A DNA stretch of 64,000 nucleotides, taken from assembly GCA_003213165.1 (NCBI GenBank), contig QCNO01000001.1:133403-197402 (forward strand), given 5' to 3'. The translations under genes were made by a program, and so were the position numbers. How positions within the stretch are numbered: position 1 is the first letter of the stretch; each line of letters opens with the position of its first letter. This DNA comes from OCS155 cluster bacterium AG-426-D23 (GTDB taxonomy: Bacteria; Actinomycetota; Acidimicrobiia; Actinomarinales; Actinomarinaceae). The notes under the pieces were generated by a model that was not told the DNA's origin, searched no databases, and saw nothing but the letters and a program-made list of their open reading frames with translations. Of the stretch, positions 1 to 10,299 are shown piece by piece.

Positions 1-169
1 CTATTATCATTGCACTTGAAGTTGCAAATCCAAGTTGTTGGTCAGTCCATCCTTTTTCACTAACTAGCCAAACTGAAAAATACAATCCCGGAATTACAAA
101 GGCATAAACTGTGTTTGCAAGATCAAAAAGTAGCCAAGAAATAAGACTTTTTGGTTTAACTTTATCCAT
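1..169 (-). CDS. MFS transporter, Atg22/UMF1 family (5' part; runs off window start)
   Basis: Not in ORF track. Hand translation from ATG at 169: MDKVKPKSLISWLLFDLANTVYAFVIPGLYFSVWLVSEKGWTDQQLGFATSSAMII. The W-x-x-(F/Y)-D-x-A N-terminus resembles 2257..3555. Overlaps the aminotransferase stop. Confidence 0.75.
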   Translation of the reverse strand, partial: MDKVKPKSLISWLLFDLANTVYAFVIPGLYFSVWLVSEKGWTDQQLGFATSSAMII

Positions 170-1352
170 TTAGATCTTCAACTGCCTTATTGAGACGTTC
201 AAGACCCTCACTTAATTCATCATCACCTAGAGCATAGGATAATCTCATGTAACCGGGAACACCAAAAACTTCTCCTGGTACAAATGCAATAAAATATTTA
301 TCGAGAAGCCAATTACAAAAATCTATTGATGATTTGATACCTTTGTAATTACCATTACAATATTCACTTACATCAACAAACAAATAGAATGCACCAGTCG
401 GGTTACCAACAGATATATTATTGATCTGATTTATTTTTTCAATAGCATATAGCCTTCTTCTGTTAAATGATATTTTCATTTCTTTAGTTTTATCAAGGCC
501 ATTTTTTAATGCAGTTTCTGCAGCAATTTGCGATATATTTGAAACATTAGATGATATTTGAGATTGTATTTTTTTTGCTAATCCTATGACATTTGAGTTA
601 GCAACTAACCACCCAACTCGCCATCCAGTCATAGCATATGCTTTTGAAACTCCATTTATAATTATCGTATTTTTTAACTCTTTATCATATTGTCCTGGAG
701 AAGGTGATGTCTCACCTTCATATACCAAGTGTTCATAAAGTTCATCAGATAAAATCCAAATATTATTTTTAAAAACCCAATTGTATATTTTTTCTGATTC
801 TTCTTTTGAATAGACAACACCAGTAGGGTTCGATGGAGAACACCATATTAATAATTTTGTTTTTGAGCTTTTTGCTTTCTCTAAGTCAGAAACAGAAATT
901 TTAAAATTATCTTTTTTATTAGGTTCAATAAAAACGGGTTCACCACCAGCAAGTTTTACCGCTTCAGGATATGTTGTCCAGTATGGTGCGGGAATTATTA
1001 CTTCATCACCTTGATCAAGAACTGACATTAGTGCTGTGACAATAGCTTGCTTACCACCATTGGATACAACAACATTATCTTCAGTTACTCCAACACCTGA
1101 ATATTTCAATGTTGTTCTTGATATTTCTTTCCTTAAAGATTCAAGTCCTGCAACAGGAGAGTATTTGTGGTTTTTTGGATCTTCTGCTGCAATCTTTACT
1201 TCATTAATTACATAGTCTGGTGATGCGAAGTCAGGCTCACCAGCTCCAAAACCTATAACCGGTTTACCTTCTTTTTTTAAATCCCGGGCCTTATTAGAAA
1301 TAGCCATAGTTCCAGAGGGATTAATTTTTTTATCTAATTTTGATATATCCAT
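162..1352 (-). CDS. aspC: PLP-dependent class I/II aminotransferase (aspartate aminotransferase-like)
   Basis: GAGEPDF, NGGKQA, SPSNPTG, SDELY, SKAYAMTGWRVG motifs. Likely start MDISK at 1352 rather than 1391. Confidence 0.88.
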   Translation of the reverse strand: MDISKLDKKINPSGTMAISNKARDLKKEGKPVIGFGAGEPDFASPDYVINEVKIAAEDPKNHKYSPVAGLESLRKEISRTTLKYSGVGVTEDNVVVSNGGKQAIVTALMSVLDQGDEVIIPAPYWTTYPEAVKLAGGEPVFIEPNKKDNFKISVSDLEKAKSSKTKLLIWCSPSNPTGVVYSKEESEKIYNWVFKNNIWILSDELYEHLVYEGETSPSPGQYDKELKNTIIINGVSKAYAMTGWRVGWLVANSNVIGLAKKIQSQISSNVSNISQIAAETALKNGLDKTKEMKISFNRRRLYAIEKINQINNISVGNPTGAFYLFVDVSEYCNGNYKGIKSSIDFCNWLLDKYFIAFVPGEVFGVPGYMRLSYALGDDELSEGLERLNKAVEDLNG

Positions 1353-1424
1353 TACTAAATCTTTCAGAATTATTTTAATAAAGTTATTCATTAAATACGT
1401 TTCATAAATATTAAACTGTTAAAA

Positions 1425-2264
1425 ATGGAACAATTACTTTACGGCGATCCTGTAGCAAGACAGCTTGACGAAATAAGTTTTAAAGCATTTCAGGATGCTA
1501 AATCAAACAATAAAACTCCTCATTTGACTGCAATTACTGTTGGTGATAATTCGGCATCGTTACTTTATGTATCCAGAAAAAAAGAAAAAGCTGAACAATT
1601 AGGAGTTGAATTTAATTGGCTTAAACTTGATGAAAATACTACTCAAGAAAATTTAAATGAGCTTATTCAGGAGCAATCAAAAACTACAGATGGTCTAATA
1701 GTTCAGTTGCCATTACCAAATCATTTAAATTCTGAAGATGTTATAAACTGTATTCCCCCAGATGTAGATGTCGATGGCCTAACTTCTTATAATCTAGGAA
1801 GTTTGTTTTCAAATGAATATAAATTAATACCTGCAACATCATTAGCTGTACTTGAATTATTAAATTTTTACCAAATCAAGACAGAAGACAAAGCTATTGT
1901 TATTGCTGGTCGTTCTAGATTAGTGAGTTCGCCTTTAGCTAAGATTCTATCATCAAAGAGTTACAACGCTAATGTAACAGTGATTCACAGTAAGACATCC
2001 AATCAAAAACAATTTATAACACAAGCTGATATTTTTATATCAGCAGTAGGTTCAGCAAAGCTTTATGATTTTTCTTATTTTAAAAAAGGTGCAACCATTA
2101 TTGATATCGGAATTTCATCAGTTGATGGAAAAAACTATGGTGATATTGATACTCAAAATTTAAGTGAAGTAGTGAGCTACCGATCTCCATTTCCTGGTGG
2201 AGTAGGACCAATAACTGTGTCAGCTCTATTTTTTAATTTGTCTAGGCTGGTAAAAACTAGCTAG
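1425..2264 (+). CDS. folD: Methylenetetrahydrofolate dehydrogenase/cyclohydrolase
   Basis: YVSRK, VQLPLP, DVDG, GRSRLV, PGGVGPIT motifs. Confidence 0.93.
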   Translation: MEQLLYGDPVARQLDEISFKAFQDAKSNNKTPHLTAITVGDNSASLLYVSRKKEKAEQLGVEFNWLKLDENTTQENLNELIQEQSKTTDGLIVQLPLPNHLNSEDVINCIPPDVDVDGLTSYNLGSLFSNEYKLIPATSLAVLELLNFYQIKTEDKAIVIAGRSRLVSSPLAKILSSKSYNANVTVIHSKTSNQKQFITQADIFISAVGSAKLYDFSYFKKGATIIDIGISSVDGKNYGDIDTQNLSEVVSYRSPFPGGVGPITVSALFFNLSRLVKTS

Positions 2265-3555
2265 CATTCCACTCTTCTTCGCTAATTCTTTTATCCATAT
2301 CTACATTTCTCAATAACAGATATCCAATAAGAAAGAAAGAAGTTATAACTGGTAACGATAATCTTGGATTTCCAGTTGATGCACTGACATATGCATAAAT
2401 GAGTGGACCCCATATCGCTGAAAACCTTGATAGTACTGAAAAGAAACCCATAAATTCACCTTCAGCACCTTTGGGTAACATAGCCGCATAAACACTCCTA
2501 CTTACAGATTGTAAACCTCCCATACCCATTGCTGTCACTATTCCCATTACGATAACTGGTATTAATTGTTTTTCAGGTACGAAATATGCGGCATTGCCCA
2601 CAAGAAATAGAAGAAACATGGTGTAATAGAGAACATTTTTTTGCCCAATTTTTGTGGCTAAATTACCAGCTAATTTTGCTCCAAAATAAGCAACAAACTG
2701 AACAACTAAAAACACTATGAGTACTTGAGTTTGATCTAACAATAATACTTCTGTAAAAAATGCAGCTGACATATTTATTAAAGTCTGTAAACCATCCCAG
2801 AAAAAAATATATGAGATTAAGAAATAAAGTAAAAATGGAAATTTTCTTATCTTTTTTAGAGTTGTGAAATTTCTACTATACGCATTTGCAATAGAAACTT
2901 TACCTGATTTTGTTTCTACAATATTCATCCTTGAAAAACTGAACACAGAAAATATTAACCACCATAATCCAGATTTTGAGATCGCAATTTTGGAAGCAAG
3001 ACCAGTATCAATTCCCAACATATCTGGTCCCAGGAGAATTATTACAAAAGATAGAATTAAATCTGTCCCACCTCCTAAGTAACCAAGGGCGTAACCTCTC
3101 GCAGAAACTGAATCAATTGTGTCATCAGTTGTTATATCTTTTAATACACTGTCATAAAAAACATTAGATCCAGTTGCACCTAATTGTGCTAAGAAATAAA
3201 TTCCAAGAGTGAAAAGTACATCACCAGAATTTGCAAAATAAAAAGTCGAAGCAAATATTGCACCTCCAAATGCAAAAACTTTAAAGAACCGCATTCTATT
3301 TCCAGACATATCTGCGATTGCTCCTATTGTTGGCATTATTAAAAAGAAAATAAATAAGGCTGAACCAATAGCAAATCCCCAAACTTCTGCACCTGTATAT
3401 ACATTTCCTCTGAATTCAAAACCTTCTTCAGGAACAATTACACTGACAAAATAAACAGGTAATACAGCACCTAAAATAGTTGTTTCATATGCAGATTTTG
3501 CCCAATCGTACATCGACCAGCCAAATATTGTTCTTTTATTATTCTTTTCGTTCAT
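2257..3555 (-). CDS. MFS transporter, Atg22/UMF1 family
   Basis: About 12 hydrophobic segments; WSMYDWA, SARGYALGYLGG, QSVSRS, GEFMGF motifs. Confidence 0.85.
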   Translation of the reverse strand: MNEKNNKRTIFGWSMYDWAKSAYETTILGAVLPVYFVSVIVPEEGFEFRGNVYTGAEVWGFAIGSALFIFFLIMPTIGAIADMSGNRMRFFKVFAFGGAIFASTFYFANSGDVLFTLGIYFLAQLGATGSNVFYDSVLKDITTDDTIDSVSARGYALGYLGGGTDLILSFVIILLGPDMLGIDTGLASKIAISKSGLWWLIFSVFSFSRMNIVETKSGKVSIANAYSRNFTTLKKIRKFPFLLYFLISYIFFWDGLQTLINMSAAFFTEVLLLDQTQVLIVFLVVQFVAYFGAKLAGNLATKIGQKNVLYYTMFLLFLVGNAAYFVPEKQLIPVIVMGIVTAMGMGGLQSVSRSVYAAMLPKGAEGEFMGFFSVLSRFSAIWGPLIYAYVSASTGNPRLSLPVITSFFLIGYLLLRNVDMDKRISEEEWNAS

Positions 3556-3671
3556 AATCCCCCTTAATAATGACTTTAATCAAAATATTGATGAGATGAA
3601 GAAAAGAAAGTTATTTTTAATTAAAGTTACCGCTATATTTATAAATGTTTTTAATTTTAAAGGTAATACAA

Positions 3672-4763
3672 ATGGGTTTTAAATGTGGAATTGTAGGATT
3701 GCCAAATGTTGGAAAATCTACATTATTTAACGCCTTAACTCAGGCTGGCATAGAGTCTGAAAATTATCCATTTTGTACTATAGAACCAAATATAGGTGTA
3801 GTTACTGTTAATGACACGAGACTAGATGATCTATCAAAAATTGTAAATCCTAAAAAAACTATACCTGCTGTTATTGAATTTGTAGATATTGCTGGCTTAG
3901 TTGAAGGAGCTTCAACCGGAGAGGGTTTGGGAAATCAGTTTTTATCAAATATCAGAGAAACAGATGCGATTATACATGTTGTACGAGCATTCGAAAATGA
4001 TGATATTGTTCATGTTTCTGGAAAAGTATCACCAATAGATGATATTGAAATTATAAACACTGAACTAATACTATCTGATTTGAGCATTGTCGAAAAGTTA
4101 TATCAAAAAGCTCAAAAAAATACTAAATCAGGACAAAAAGAAGGTATGCCGATGAAAGAATTGGTTGAAAAAATTTTGACTGCACTTAAAGAGGGGACAA
4201 GTTTAAGAAAGCTAACTTATGGTAAAGAAGAATTAGTCTTGTTAAAAAATTTCCAACTTTTAACATTAAAGCCCGTACTTTACGTGGCTAACGTGAATGA
4301 GAGTGGGTTTGAAAATAATCCACACATGGATTTAATTTTAGAGTACGCCAAAGAAGATCATTCTAAAGTTGTTCCAATATGTGCAGAAATTGAAGCAGAA
4401 ATCTGTGAACTAAGTAATGATGAAAAGAAAGAATTTTTGTTAGAAATGGGACAGAGTGAGTCAGGATTAGACAGGTTAATCAAGGCTGGCTATGACTTAC
4501 TTGGACTTCATACCTATTTCACGGCTGGAGAAAAAGAAGTAAAAGCATGGACAATAACTGTCGGAGATTCTGCCCCGGTAGCTGCTGGTAAAATCCATAC
4601 TGACTTCGAAAAGGGTTTTATACGTGCTGAAACTATTTCATTTCAAGACTATATAACCTATAAAGGTGAAAAAGGTGCTAAAGATGCCGGTAAATTACGT
4701 ACTGAAGGAAAAGATTATGTAGTTAAAGATGGCGATATTATGCATTTCTTACACAACACATAA
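3672..4763 (+). CDS. ychF: Redox-regulated ribosome-binding ATPase YchF
   Basis: [36 protein letters not shown] and a C-terminal TGS domain. Start ATG at 3672 (MGFKCG). Confidence 0.96.
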   Translation: MGFKCGIVGLPNVGKSTLFNALTQAGIESENYPFCTIEPNIGVVTVNDTRLDDLSKIVNPKKTIPAVIEFVDIAGLVEGASTGEGLGNQFLSNIRETDAIIHVVRAFENDDIVHVSGKVSPIDDIEIINTELILSDLSIVEKLYQKAQKNTKSGQKEGMPMKELVEKILTALKEGTSLRKLTYGKEELVLLKNFQLLTLKPVLYVANVNESGFENNPHMDLILEYAKEDHSKVVPICAEIEAEICELSNDEKKEFLLEMGQSESGLDRLIKAGYDLLGLHTYFTAGEKEVKAWTITVGDSAPVAAGKIHTDFEKGFIRAETISFQDYITYKGEKGAKDAGKLRTEGKDYVVKDGDIMHFLHNT

Positions 4764-4863
4764 AATAGCATAACTGTTTCTTTGGTAGTTACTATAAATT
4801 TAACCCAAATAAGATTTTCAAAGTTGTTCTTTAACTAAAATGTATATGTAGCATAATAAGCAC

Positions 4864-6267
4864 GTGAAAGTAATAATTGTAGGAGCACACGGAGAAGCAA
4901 AAGAGCTAATCAACAGGGTTAGTTCTGGATGGTCTATTTCTGTCATAGATTTAGATCAAGAAAAACTAAGAAATTTCACCACAAATAGACAAATAGATAA
5001 AATACAAGGCGATGCTACATCTTCCTTGGTACTTAAAAAAGCAGGACTTGACGAAGCTACTGCAATAGTGACATTAACGCTCAGCGATGAAGTAAATTTA
5101 GAGATTTTAAATATTGCGAAACAAAACAATATACTAAGACTTTCCTCAATTATTAATGAGTCATCTAATGCAGGTAAATTTAAGGAATTAGATGTTGAGT
5201 TAGTCGAACCAGATATATTGCTTGCGAGAAGATTTGAGCATATTCTTGAACCTAGAAGAGTAGTCTCCCAAGCTTTTGCCGGTGGGAGAGCGGAAGCTCT
5301 AGAAATCGAAATAAGTTCTGACAGTCCAGTAAGAGGAAAAAAACTTCGAGAAATTGGTTCTGACTACTATATTGTTGGTGCTCTTTTAAGAAAAGGTAAA
5401 GTAATTATTCCGCATGGCGACACTGAAATTGAAACAGGTGACCTAGTTACAGTAGTTTTACAATCTGGAGCATTCTCTAATGTTATAAATCTTTTTTCAG
5501 GTTCAGAATCTCGTTTTCCTCTTGAATTTGGAAAAGATATTGTTGTAGTGCTCGATGACGAAAAGAACTTAAAAAATTTATCAGAATCTGAATTTTTTAT
5601 AAGGAATACCAAGGCAACTTCACTTAAGGTACTCACAAAGCAAGATTTATTCGATAATAATTTAGAAACTACCGAAGAAACTTTGAAAGCAGTACTTAAA
5701 GATCAAGAATTTGATATTACTTACAAAAATAAAATTACAGTTAAGGATTTAGAAAATTTTATGAAAGAAAATTCAATAGGAACAATTTTTTATCCTGTTA
5801 TGGACGGTACTGCAAAATCAAAAATAAAGTCGCTTATAAGTATTGCTAATAAAACTAAAGTGCCTATTCTATTTTCAAGAACTACCTATCCATACAAGAC
5901 TATTGGATTATTGATTAATGACAATTTTGACGAAAATAGCTCAAACTCAATTGCATTCGATTTGTCTTCAACAATGTCGGCTAAATTAGTTGGGGTAATT
6001 ATAAATCAGCCAAAGTTTTTGCAATCAGAAGGTGAAAATAAAGTCTCAAATACCGTTCAAAAGTTGCAAGATCTTGCTCTTTCAAATGAAGTTCAACTTG
6101 ATTTTGTAAATTTTGAAGGAAATGAAGCAAAAATATTTTCAGAGCAAACTTCAGAGTATGATTTAGCAATAATCGGTTCAAATTCTTCACAGTCTTGGCA
6201 AGATAGAAAAATTATTGAATTCGTATCTACAAACTCAAATTCATCTGTTCTTTATGTACCTAGGTAA
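4864..6267 (+). CDS. TrkA-type RCK_N/RCK_C regulatory protein with C-terminal USP-like extension
   Basis: N-terminal Rossmann fold (VIIVGA, GDAT...AGL) and RCK_C (SPVRGKKLRE, IIPHGDTEIETGD). The C-terminal half has USP-like segments (DLAIIGS...SVLYVP). GTG start. Confidence 0.75.
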   Translation: MKVIIVGAHGEAKELINRVSSGWSISVIDLDQEKLRNFTTNRQIDKIQGDATSSLVLKKAGLDEATAIVTLTLSDEVNLEILNIAKQNNILRLSSIINESSNAGKFKELDVELVEPDILLARRFEHILEPRRVVSQAFAGGRAEALEIEISSDSPVRGKKLREIGSDYYIVGALLRKGKVIIPHGDTEIETGDLVTVVLQSGAFSNVINLFSGSESRFPLEFGKDIVVVLDDEKNLKNLSESEFFIRNTKATSLKVLTKQDLFDNNLETTEETLKAVLKDQEFDITYKNKITVKDLENFMKENSIGTIFYPVMDGTAKSKIKSLISIANKTKVPILFSRTTYPYKTIGLLINDNFDENSSNSIAFDLSSTMSAKLVGVIINQPKFLQSEGENKVSNTVQKLQDLALSNEVQLDFVNFEGNEAKIFSEQTSEYDLAIIGSNSSQSWQDRKIIEFVSTNSNSSVLYVPR

Positions 6268-6269
6268 AT

Positions 6270-7418
6270 ATGGAAGAATTTCAGGCTGAATCTCTAGTAA
6301 TAATATCTTTAGGAGCATTTATCTTGCCGCTTCTTGCCCAAAGAATAAAAATACCAGGGATAGTTCTTGAAATTGCATATGGAATAACAGTTGGTCCAAT
6401 ATTAGGAATTGTTGAAACTTCTGAATTCATATCTGGTTTAGCAATTTTGGGATTTCTTTTGTTAATGTTTTTGTCTGGATTTGAAATTGAACTCGATACA
6501 TTTCGTGAGAAAGGAGTAAGGACTCTTGCACTGCCAATGTCAATATATTTGTTAACTGTAGCTACATCTTTCTATCTTATTTCTAATCTTGGATATCCTA
6601 TATTTCTTGCGCTTGTTTTATGTACAACGAGTGTTGATATTGTAATCACAATATTACGAAGTGACGACACAATCAAAACGGCGTATGGACAAACTTTATT
6701 TATGGTTGCTTTACTAGCTGATATACTTACTCTCTTAGCAGCCACAGTTTATGCATCATTTATAAGAGCTGGAGGACTTTCAATTTCTAATTTGAATGTA
6801 ATACTATATTTTGTAGTTGTTATTTTAATTCTCAGAATTATTAGAAGAGTTGCCTGGTGGAATCCTCAACTATTTTCAAGAATGTTTGACGGCAACGATC
6901 CTGATGAACTTGGGATTAGAAGTTCTCTTGCTCTTATGTTAACTTTAGTTGGTGTGTCAGTCATTTTTGATATTGAACCTATCCTGGGAGCCTTTCTTGC
7001 TGGAACAATATTTGTGTTTATTTTCTCTAACCGTGGAACTTTAGAAAGTAGTTTAAAAGGTTTTTCTTATGGATTTCTCATACCAATATTTTTCATTAAC
7101 ATTGGTCTCAATTACGATATAAGTGTATTTTCAAATACACAATTTTTTGTAGATGTGGGATATCTGTTTTTAATTGCCGTAGGTGTTAAATTTTTACCTT
7201 CAATATTATTAATATTCTCAAAAATTAAATTCAGAGATATTATCGCAGGAGGTTTTTTACTTTCAGCCAGATTCAGTTTAATTATTGCAATGGCAGAAAT
7301 TGGTGTTCATTTAGATTTAATATCTGTCGAGTTAGAGCAGCAAATTATTTTATTAGCTGTAATCACAGCAACTTTCTCTCCCATACTTTTCAGAATTTTC
7401 AGAAGCAAAGCTAATTAA
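6270..7418 (+). CDS. Cation:proton antiporter (CPA2 family)
   Basis: Highly hydrophobic; MFLSGFE, ILGAFLAG, PIFFINIG motifs; directly downstream of the TrkA-like gene. Confidence 0.88.
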   Translation: MEEFQAESLVIISLGAFILPLLAQRIKIPGIVLEIAYGITVGPILGIVETSEFISGLAILGFLLLMFLSGFEIELDTFREKGVRTLALPMSIYLLTVATSFYLISNLGYPIFLALVLCTTSVDIVITILRSDDTIKTAYGQTLFMVALLADILTLLAATVYASFIRAGGLSISNLNVILYFVVVILILRIIRRVAWWNPQLFSRMFDGNDPDELGIRSSLALMLTLVGVSVIFDIEPILGAFLAGTIFVFIFSNRGTLESSLKGFSYGFLIPIFFINIGLNYDISVFSNTQFFVDVGYLFLIAVGVKFLPSILLIFSKIKFRDIIAGGFLLSARFSLIIAMAEIGVHLDLISVELEQQIILLAVITATFSPILFRIFRSKAN

Positions 7419-8320
7419 TGAATTCTAGAATTTCTTTATTTTTTAAGGGAATGCTTATGGGTGTTGCTGAAATTATACCAGGTGTTTCAGGTGGAACATT
7501 AGCCTTTATAACTGGAATTTATAATGAACTTATCAACTCTATAAAATCAATTAATTTTGAATCAATAAGTTTTTTAGCAAAATTAGAGCTCAGGAAGTTT
7601 TGGAAACACATAAACGGGAATTTTCTATTGACGTTAGTGCTTGGAATGATTATTTCAATAGTATTATTTTCAAGAATAATTTCATTTCTTTTAACTAATT
7701 ATAATTTTCATATTTGGGGCTTCTTTTTTGGTCTTATTATTTCATCAGCAATAATAATTTCAAGAAATATAAATGATTTAAGGGTAAAAAATTATGTGTT
7801 TTTAATTTTTGGACTTTTTGTATCAGGTTCTATTTCACTTTTATCACCTTCATCGAGTCCAAATTCAAGTTTTTTTATTTTTCTTTCTGGTGCCATTGCA
7901 ATATCTGCAATGATTCTTCCAGGAATTAGTGGTTCGTTTATATTAATTTTCTTGTCAAAATATGAATTTATCTTAAACTCTCTAAATAATTTCGATATAA
8001 ATGTTTTAAGTGTCTTTATTATGGGTTGTATTTTTGGACTTCTAACATTTAGTAGACTTCTTTCTTATTTATTTAATAGATTTAATGATGTAGTTATCAG
8101 TGTCCTCGTTGGATTTCTGTTAGGGTCACTCTTTAAAATATGGCCATTTATTGAAGTTGTAGAGTATACATCTACAAATGAACCACTTTATACACGTCCT
8201 ATTTTTCCATCAACTAATTTATCAACAGAAATTTTAATTTTCACAATCTTTTCAATTGTTGGATTTTTGATGATGTGGATTTTAGAAAAGAAAATTATAG
8301 GAATTAGTAATTCTAATTAA
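7418..8320 (+). CDS. DUF368 membrane protein (undecaprenyl-phosphate translocase family)
   Basis: Two signature repeats: GMLMGVAEIIPGVSGGT and AMILPGISGS. Confidence 0.88.
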   Translation: MNSRISLFFKGMLMGVAEIIPGVSGGTLAFITGIYNELINSIKSINFESISFLAKLELRKFWKHINGNFLLTLVLGMIISIVLFSRIISFLLTNYNFHIWGFFFGLIISSAIIISRNINDLRVKNYVFLIFGLFVSGSISLLSPSSSPNSSFFIFLSGAIAISAMILPGISGSFILIFLSKYEFILNSLNNFDINVLSVFIMGCIFGLLTFSRLLSYLFNRFNDVVISVLVGFLLGSLFKIWPFIEVVEYTSTNEPLYTRPIFPSTNLSTEILIFTIFSIVGFLMMWILEKKIIGISNSN

Positions 8321-8337
8321 ACTAGTAAAATAAAAGT

Positions 8338-8475
8338 ATGAGATTAGGATTACCAGAATTATTAATTATTTTGTCGATATTACTTTTATTGTTTGGTGCA
8401 AAAAGACTTCCAGGACTTGCAAAATCATTGGGTAAATCAACAAAAGAATTTAAATCTGCGCTTGAAGAAGAATAA
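8338..8475 (+). CDS. tatA: Twin-arginine translocase TatA/TatE subunit (45 aa)
   Basis: Absent from ORF track (<60 aa). Hand translation MRLGLPELLIILSILLLLFGAKRLPGLAKSLGKSTKEFKSALEEE: TM helix, FG hinge, amphipathic helix. Confidence 0.93.
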   Translation: MRLGLPELLIILSILLLLFGAKRLPGLAKSLGKSTKEFKSALEEE

Positions 8476-8779
8476 AATAAAACCATTCATTTTTATGTTA
8501 TTTTCGCTTGCATTTTTCGCATGCGGTAGCGAAACTGTCTCTGAATCAGGTGAGCTTCTTACAGGAGAAGAGATATATACAGCAAGGTGTTCAGCATGTC
8601 ATGGTCCTAATTTGGAGGGGAGAGTAGGCCCAGCATTACATAAAGAGAGCTCTGCAGCAAAAATGCCTGACTCATACTGGATTCAAACAATCACTATGGG
8701 CAAAGGCTCAATGCCTGCCGTACGATTAAATGATAATGAGGTGCAATTAGTAATTGATTATATAAAATCTAAGTACTAA
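8462..8779 (+). CDS. Monoheme cytochrome c lipoprotein
   Basis: CSACH heme motif, distal Met (GSMP), lipobox FFAC after a basic N-region. Probable start TTG 8462 (or ATG 8495). Confidence 0.85.
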   Translation: MKKNKIKPFIFMLFSLAFFACGSETVSESGELLTGEEIYTARCSACHGPNLEGRVGPALHKESSAAKMPDSYWIQTITMGKGSMPAVRLNDNEVQLVIDYIKSKY

Positions 8780-10247
8780 TTCTCCCACAGGAAACATTTA
8801 AATTTTTCAACTTTTCTAATGGAGTAATTAAATTTTTTAAGTCTTCAATTCTCCACTTCCAATTGCCTTTTTGAGTTCCTGGTACATTAAATCTTCCCTC
8901 AAGTCCTAAATCAAGTAAGTCTTGCACAGTCGTTACTGCTAACTTGCATGGTGATTGCCATGTCATCGAAATAAAATTCCAGACATTTGAATCATATTCA
9001 GTAATTAAATTTGTCTTGTACTTATTGAAATACTTGACTTGTTCTTTCGATTCATTAAACCACTGTTTTATTGTAGGACTATCATGAGTACCTGTATAAG
9101 CTACAACATTTTCATCCCATAAATCAGGATGAATTTCATCATTATCCTCTTTATTAGGTATTCTTTGTTGCAGTACTTTCATACCTGGAATTGTGTATTT
9201 TGTTAATATCTCAGTTGTATCATTTAGTTCAACACCTAAATCTTCTGCTAGCAATTTATCAAAGTTGACATATTTAGCAATTTTTTCAAAAAATGTTTCC
9301 CAAGGACCTTTTCTCCAATGCCCATCGAGTGCAGGTTTTCCAAAGGGAATTGCCCAGAATTGAAAAAATCCAACAAAATGGTCAATTCTTAAGTAATCAT
9401 AATTATCCAAATTGTAATTTAATTTATCAACCCAATACTTGTAATCATCTTTTTGGTGATTATCCCATTCATACAGGGCTGTATTCCAAACTTGTCCTTC
9501 TAATGTAAAATCATCTGGAACAGCTCCAGATACAAAACCCATATTTTTATTCTTATCTAGATCGAAAAGATTTTGATTCAGCCAAACGTCAGCAGAATTA
9601 TGATTAACATAGATTGGAATATCACCAAGTATGCTTACGTTATTGTTATTTGCATAAGATTTAAGTTTCTGCCATTGTTTACTAAATTCAAATTGTAGGA
9701 ATAAGTTTTTTGAGAATATATCTAAATATCGGTTATAGACCTCATCAAACAAATCTTCGGAATAATTTTGATATCGATCATTCCAATTATTCCATGGGCC
9801 TTTATTAATCTCGCTTAGTGTTAAAAATGTAAGATGTTTCTTGATATGTTCATTGTTTAGGTAATTTTTGTATTCTTTATCTTCAGTATTTATTCTGTTT
9901 GAGATATTTTTAAAAATATTATTTTTATTTTTGTAGACGACACTAAAATTTACTTCATTACTTATTGGATATGCAATCTCTGACAATTCTTCACTTGTAA
10001 AAATTTTATTTTTAATATTGTCCAAAGAAACCAAATAAGGATTGCCCAAAATTGAGGATTTACTTGAGTATGGAGAAAATTCTATATCGTCTGTAATCCC
10101 TAGAGGCAATACCTGCCAAATACTCGTTTTTGATTGACTCAAAAGATCTACAAACTCATAACTTTCTTTTCCAAGATCACCAATGCCATATCTACTTGGT
10201 AAAGATGTAGGATGAAAAATTAATCCACTACTTTTATTTATATCCAT
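8769..10247 (-). CDS. malQ: 4-alpha-glucanotransferase (amylomaltase, GH77)
   Basis: HPTSLP, GDIPIYV, RIDHF, AEDLG, YTGTHD, NVPG motifs. Confidence 0.95.
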   Translation of the reverse strand: MDINKSSGLIFHPTSLPSRYGIGDLGKESYEFVDLLSQSKTSIWQVLPLGITDDIEFSPYSSKSSILGNPYLVSLDNIKNKIFTSEELSEIAYPISNEVNFSVVYKNKNNIFKNISNRINTEDKEYKNYLNNEHIKKHLTFLTLSEINKGPWNNWNDRYQNYSEDLFDEVYNRYLDIFSKNLFLQFEFSKQWQKLKSYANNNNVSILGDIPIYVNHNSADVWLNQNLFDLDKNKNMGFVSGAVPDDFTLEGQVWNTALYEWDNHQKDDYKYWVDKLNYNLDNYDYLRIDHFVGFFQFWAIPFGKPALDGHWRKGPWETFFEKIAKYVNFDKLLAEDLGVELNDTTEILTKYTIPGMKVLQQRIPNKEDNDEIHPDLWDENVVAYTGTHDSPTIKQWFNESKEQVKYFNKYKTNLITEYDSNVWNFISMTWQSPCKLAVTTVQDLLDLGLEGRFNVPGTQKGNWKWRIEDLKNLITPLEKLKNLNVSCGRIST

Positions 10248-10299
10248 ATCACTTCAAATATAGAGTATATAATTACTATTTAATAGTAAATAAATTTTT

